From: a bacterium
Lineage (GTDB): Bacteria; SAR324; NAC60-12
Length of the DNA stretch: 64,000 nucleotides
NCBI GenBank assembly: GCA_965205865.1
Contig: CBDBHR010000030.1
Coordinates: 1,184,001-1,248,000 of the forward strand
Reading direction: 5' to 3'
Shown here: piece after piece, positions 62,071 through 64,000 of the stretch
Numbering within the stretch: position 1 is the stretch's first letter
Layout: the number at the start of each line of letters is the position of its first letter
Made by a program: the position numbers and the translations under genes
The notes under the pieces: model-generated
The model's database searches: none
The model's input: the letters and a program-made list of their open reading frames with translations, nothing else
Told to the model about the DNA's origin: nothing

Positions 62071-62514
62071 TCAAACTAAAAAGCTGTCGTCACTCTCCTT
62101 TACAAAAAAATGATCGACATAGGCTTCATATATTCTCTGATTAAAATTTTTATAAAATGTTTTATCATCAAACTGTTCCAGACATATCGTACAATATTGC
62201 CTCAATTTTAAAACCGACCCTGCCTCGTTCCTGACAAACTGATTGACAAATACTTGCACCTCCCACGAAAACGTTTGCAGCGACATTTCAAAAAGGAAGC
62301 AATCTTCGGCATGTTCAATCAACAATTCCGTCGCAACGTGATCAATCAGTGCGAAAAAATCCCTTCCCAGCACATTCAAAGATGTGATTTCTTGACGAGT
62401 GAGTTTTTCTGCTAAATTCTGATAGAATGTCCGGTAGTGGAAATCCTTGGTTTGTAGTTGTTGGACTAAAACGTCTTTTTGCATAATTCGTTGATTGAGT
62501 TGTCTTTTTTCCAC
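62071..62514 (-). CDS. Hypothetical protein
   Basis: 147-aa ORF filling the intergenic gap. Confidence 0.55.
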   Translation of the reverse strand: MEKRQLNQRIMQKDVLVQQLQTKDFHYRTFYQNLAEKLTRQEITSLNVLGRDFFALIDHVATELLIEHAEDCFLFEMSLQTFSWEVQVFVNQFVRNEAGSVLKLRQYCTICLEQFDDKTFYKNFNQRIYEAYVDHFFVKESDDSFLV

Positions 62515-62549
62515 ATTTCAATAAAATATCAGCAAAATATGCAAGAATC

Positions 62550-63977
62550 ATGACAAATGCGGAAGACAACATTCTGATGACAACCATTGCTGATGAGATA
62601 TTGAGAGAAGCGCTGCGTCGCAAAGGCATTGGACCGAAAGGAAGTAAAAAGCTACCCGCTTCGATGTTGCAACAAGTCCTCCCTATGCTTTCGGAAGCAG
62701 AAACCAACCGAACCACCGCGGCTGCTTTCTGGACAGCCTGTTTGTTGTTGGATAATTCTGATGAAGAAGAACAATACATCGCTCCCGTCAAACAACAACC
62801 AGGTCGATTTCTTTTACCGGAATTGCAGGCATTGACTACCCTAACAACGGATCGGAAATTTTCCGCCGAATTTTTAGCGATCATTCGTAAGTTGATTGAA
62901 AGGCGCGATCTGTCCGTTGCGGAAGCGCAAAATGCCATGGAATATTTTTGGAAAGATAGTGTTCCGGAATGGATGAAAGGGGCTTTCCTGCAAGCAGAGA
63001 GGATCAAACGGGAAAGTTTCGAGGAAAATATTGTATTTTTTGATTCCCTTTGGGTCCAAGGACAACGCATCGAAGTGGATCTGCCCACTTTAGTGGATTT
63101 ATGTGATAGTTATGATGGCACCAATCGCAGTTACCATTTGACCCCTTTTGTCGCGGCGCTGCTTGGCGCATCAGGGGTTCCCACCGTATTGCATGGCATT
63201 GAATCACTGGGTCCCAAATACGGCATCACTACGGCCCAAATTCTTCGCCAGGCCGGTAAATCCACAACGCACTCTTTGCGGCAAGCCAAAGAAAACCTGC
63301 TCAATCCGGATATTCATTGGTGTTACGTTGATCAATCCGTCTCCTTTCCGCAATTGTTTGCCATGCGCCGATTGCGTCATGATATGGTCAAACGTCCTTT
63401 TTTGGCGACTTTTGATAAATTGCTGCAACCCATTCACAATCGAAGGGGCAACATTGTCATTACCGGCTATGTCCATGCCCATTACCGAAGCGAGATCATC
63501 AAACTCCTGAGCCTGCGCAATCAGAACCACATGGCTTTCAACTTAAGGACCATTGAAGGGTCCACAAACTGCTGGGGGAAAAAACCCACTCCTTATATTG
63601 GTTTCCATCGAGGGGCCAACAATCTGAATTTGGGAGGAATGCAACTCCCCTGTTCAATGAATCCGGAACTTCCGGTTGCAGAGTTCCTCACTACAGAGGG
63701 GAATCATCTCGTAGAAGGAGAACTGTTGCCTGAAGATTTTGGCATTCACCGTGAGGATCATCGCTTGATCAAAGGGATTACGGCTTTGCAAACGGCTCGA
63801 GGCGGGCTCTCGGCTTTGCAAGGGGAACGCGGATTGATCCACGATTTACTGATCTATCAAGCCGCCGCATTTCTGTGGCTCAGTCGCGTGGCGCCCGGTA
63901 AAAGAGAGGCTGCTGAACAAGCTCGAGAGACTCTTCAATCAAAAAAAGCCTGGAGGCATTGGCAAAAACAAATCTGA
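62550..63977 (+). CDS. Anthranilate phosphoribosyltransferase-like (glycosyltransferase family 3 / YbiB-like) protein
   Basis: KGIGPKGSK, DSYDG, VLHG..GPKYG, KRPFLAT; lacks the canonical TrpD GTGGD. Confidence 0.7.
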   Translation: MTNAEDNILMTTIADEILREALRRKGIGPKGSKKLPASMLQQVLPMLSEAETNRTTAAAFWTACLLLDNSDEEEQYIAPVKQQPGRFLLPELQALTTLTTDRKFSAEFLAIIRKLIERRDLSVAEAQNAMEYFWKDSVPEWMKGAFLQAERIKRESFEENIVFFDSLWVQGQRIEVDLPTLVDLCDSYDGTNRSYHLTPFVAALLGASGVPTVLHGIESLGPKYGITTAQILRQAGKSTTHSLRQAKENLLNPDIHWCYVDQSVSFPQLFAMRRLRHDMVKRPFLATFDKLLQPIHNRRGNIVITGYVHAHYRSEIIKLLSLRNQNHMAFNLRTIEGSTNCWGKKPTPYIGFHRGANNLNLGGMQLPCSMNPELPVAEFLTTEGNHLVEGELLPEDFGIHREDHRLIKGITALQTARGGLSALQGERGLIHDLLIYQAAAFLWLSRVAPGKREAAEQARETLQSKKAWRHWQKQI

Positions 63978-64000
63978 ATTTCACCTCTGTTTTATTTTTT

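Overview
Bacterial chromosomal window. The gene set suggests a deltaproteobacterium-like or SAR324-like organism, but this is inference only. The right part (about 25.6-64 kb) is mostly housekeeping: ileS, lon, hemL, an M16 peptidase, a peptide ABC transporter, pncA/pncB, trkH, thiN, CIRCE-hrcA-grpE-dnaK-dnaJ, recJ and a trpD-like gene. The left part (1-25.5 kb) is an accessory region with defence-like genes, several IS elements and remnants, and a catabolic/ABC cluster. The most striking structure is a protein-free nest at 21.9-23.5 kb. An ORF-less group II intron with atypical ends and an AAC triad sits inside domain III of a second group II intron that has lost its reverse transcriptase ORF. 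That outer intron sits in the GGGGTCAGGCT^TGCA terminal repeat of a Y1-transposase element family, at the junction of a roughly 895-bp ileS 3'-end duplication. EBS/IBS pairings for both insertions can be read from the sequence. Other notable items are a family of tandem promoter-plus-structured-leader cassettes (15.2, 20.3-20.7 and 36.7-37.0 kb), a ladder of stacked SD-ATG modules before an ABC binding protein, MITEs overlapping stop codons, and a palindromic repeat inserted in frame in lon. Three single-base homopolymer frameshifts may be sequencing errors. All calls were made by eye, without database searches.
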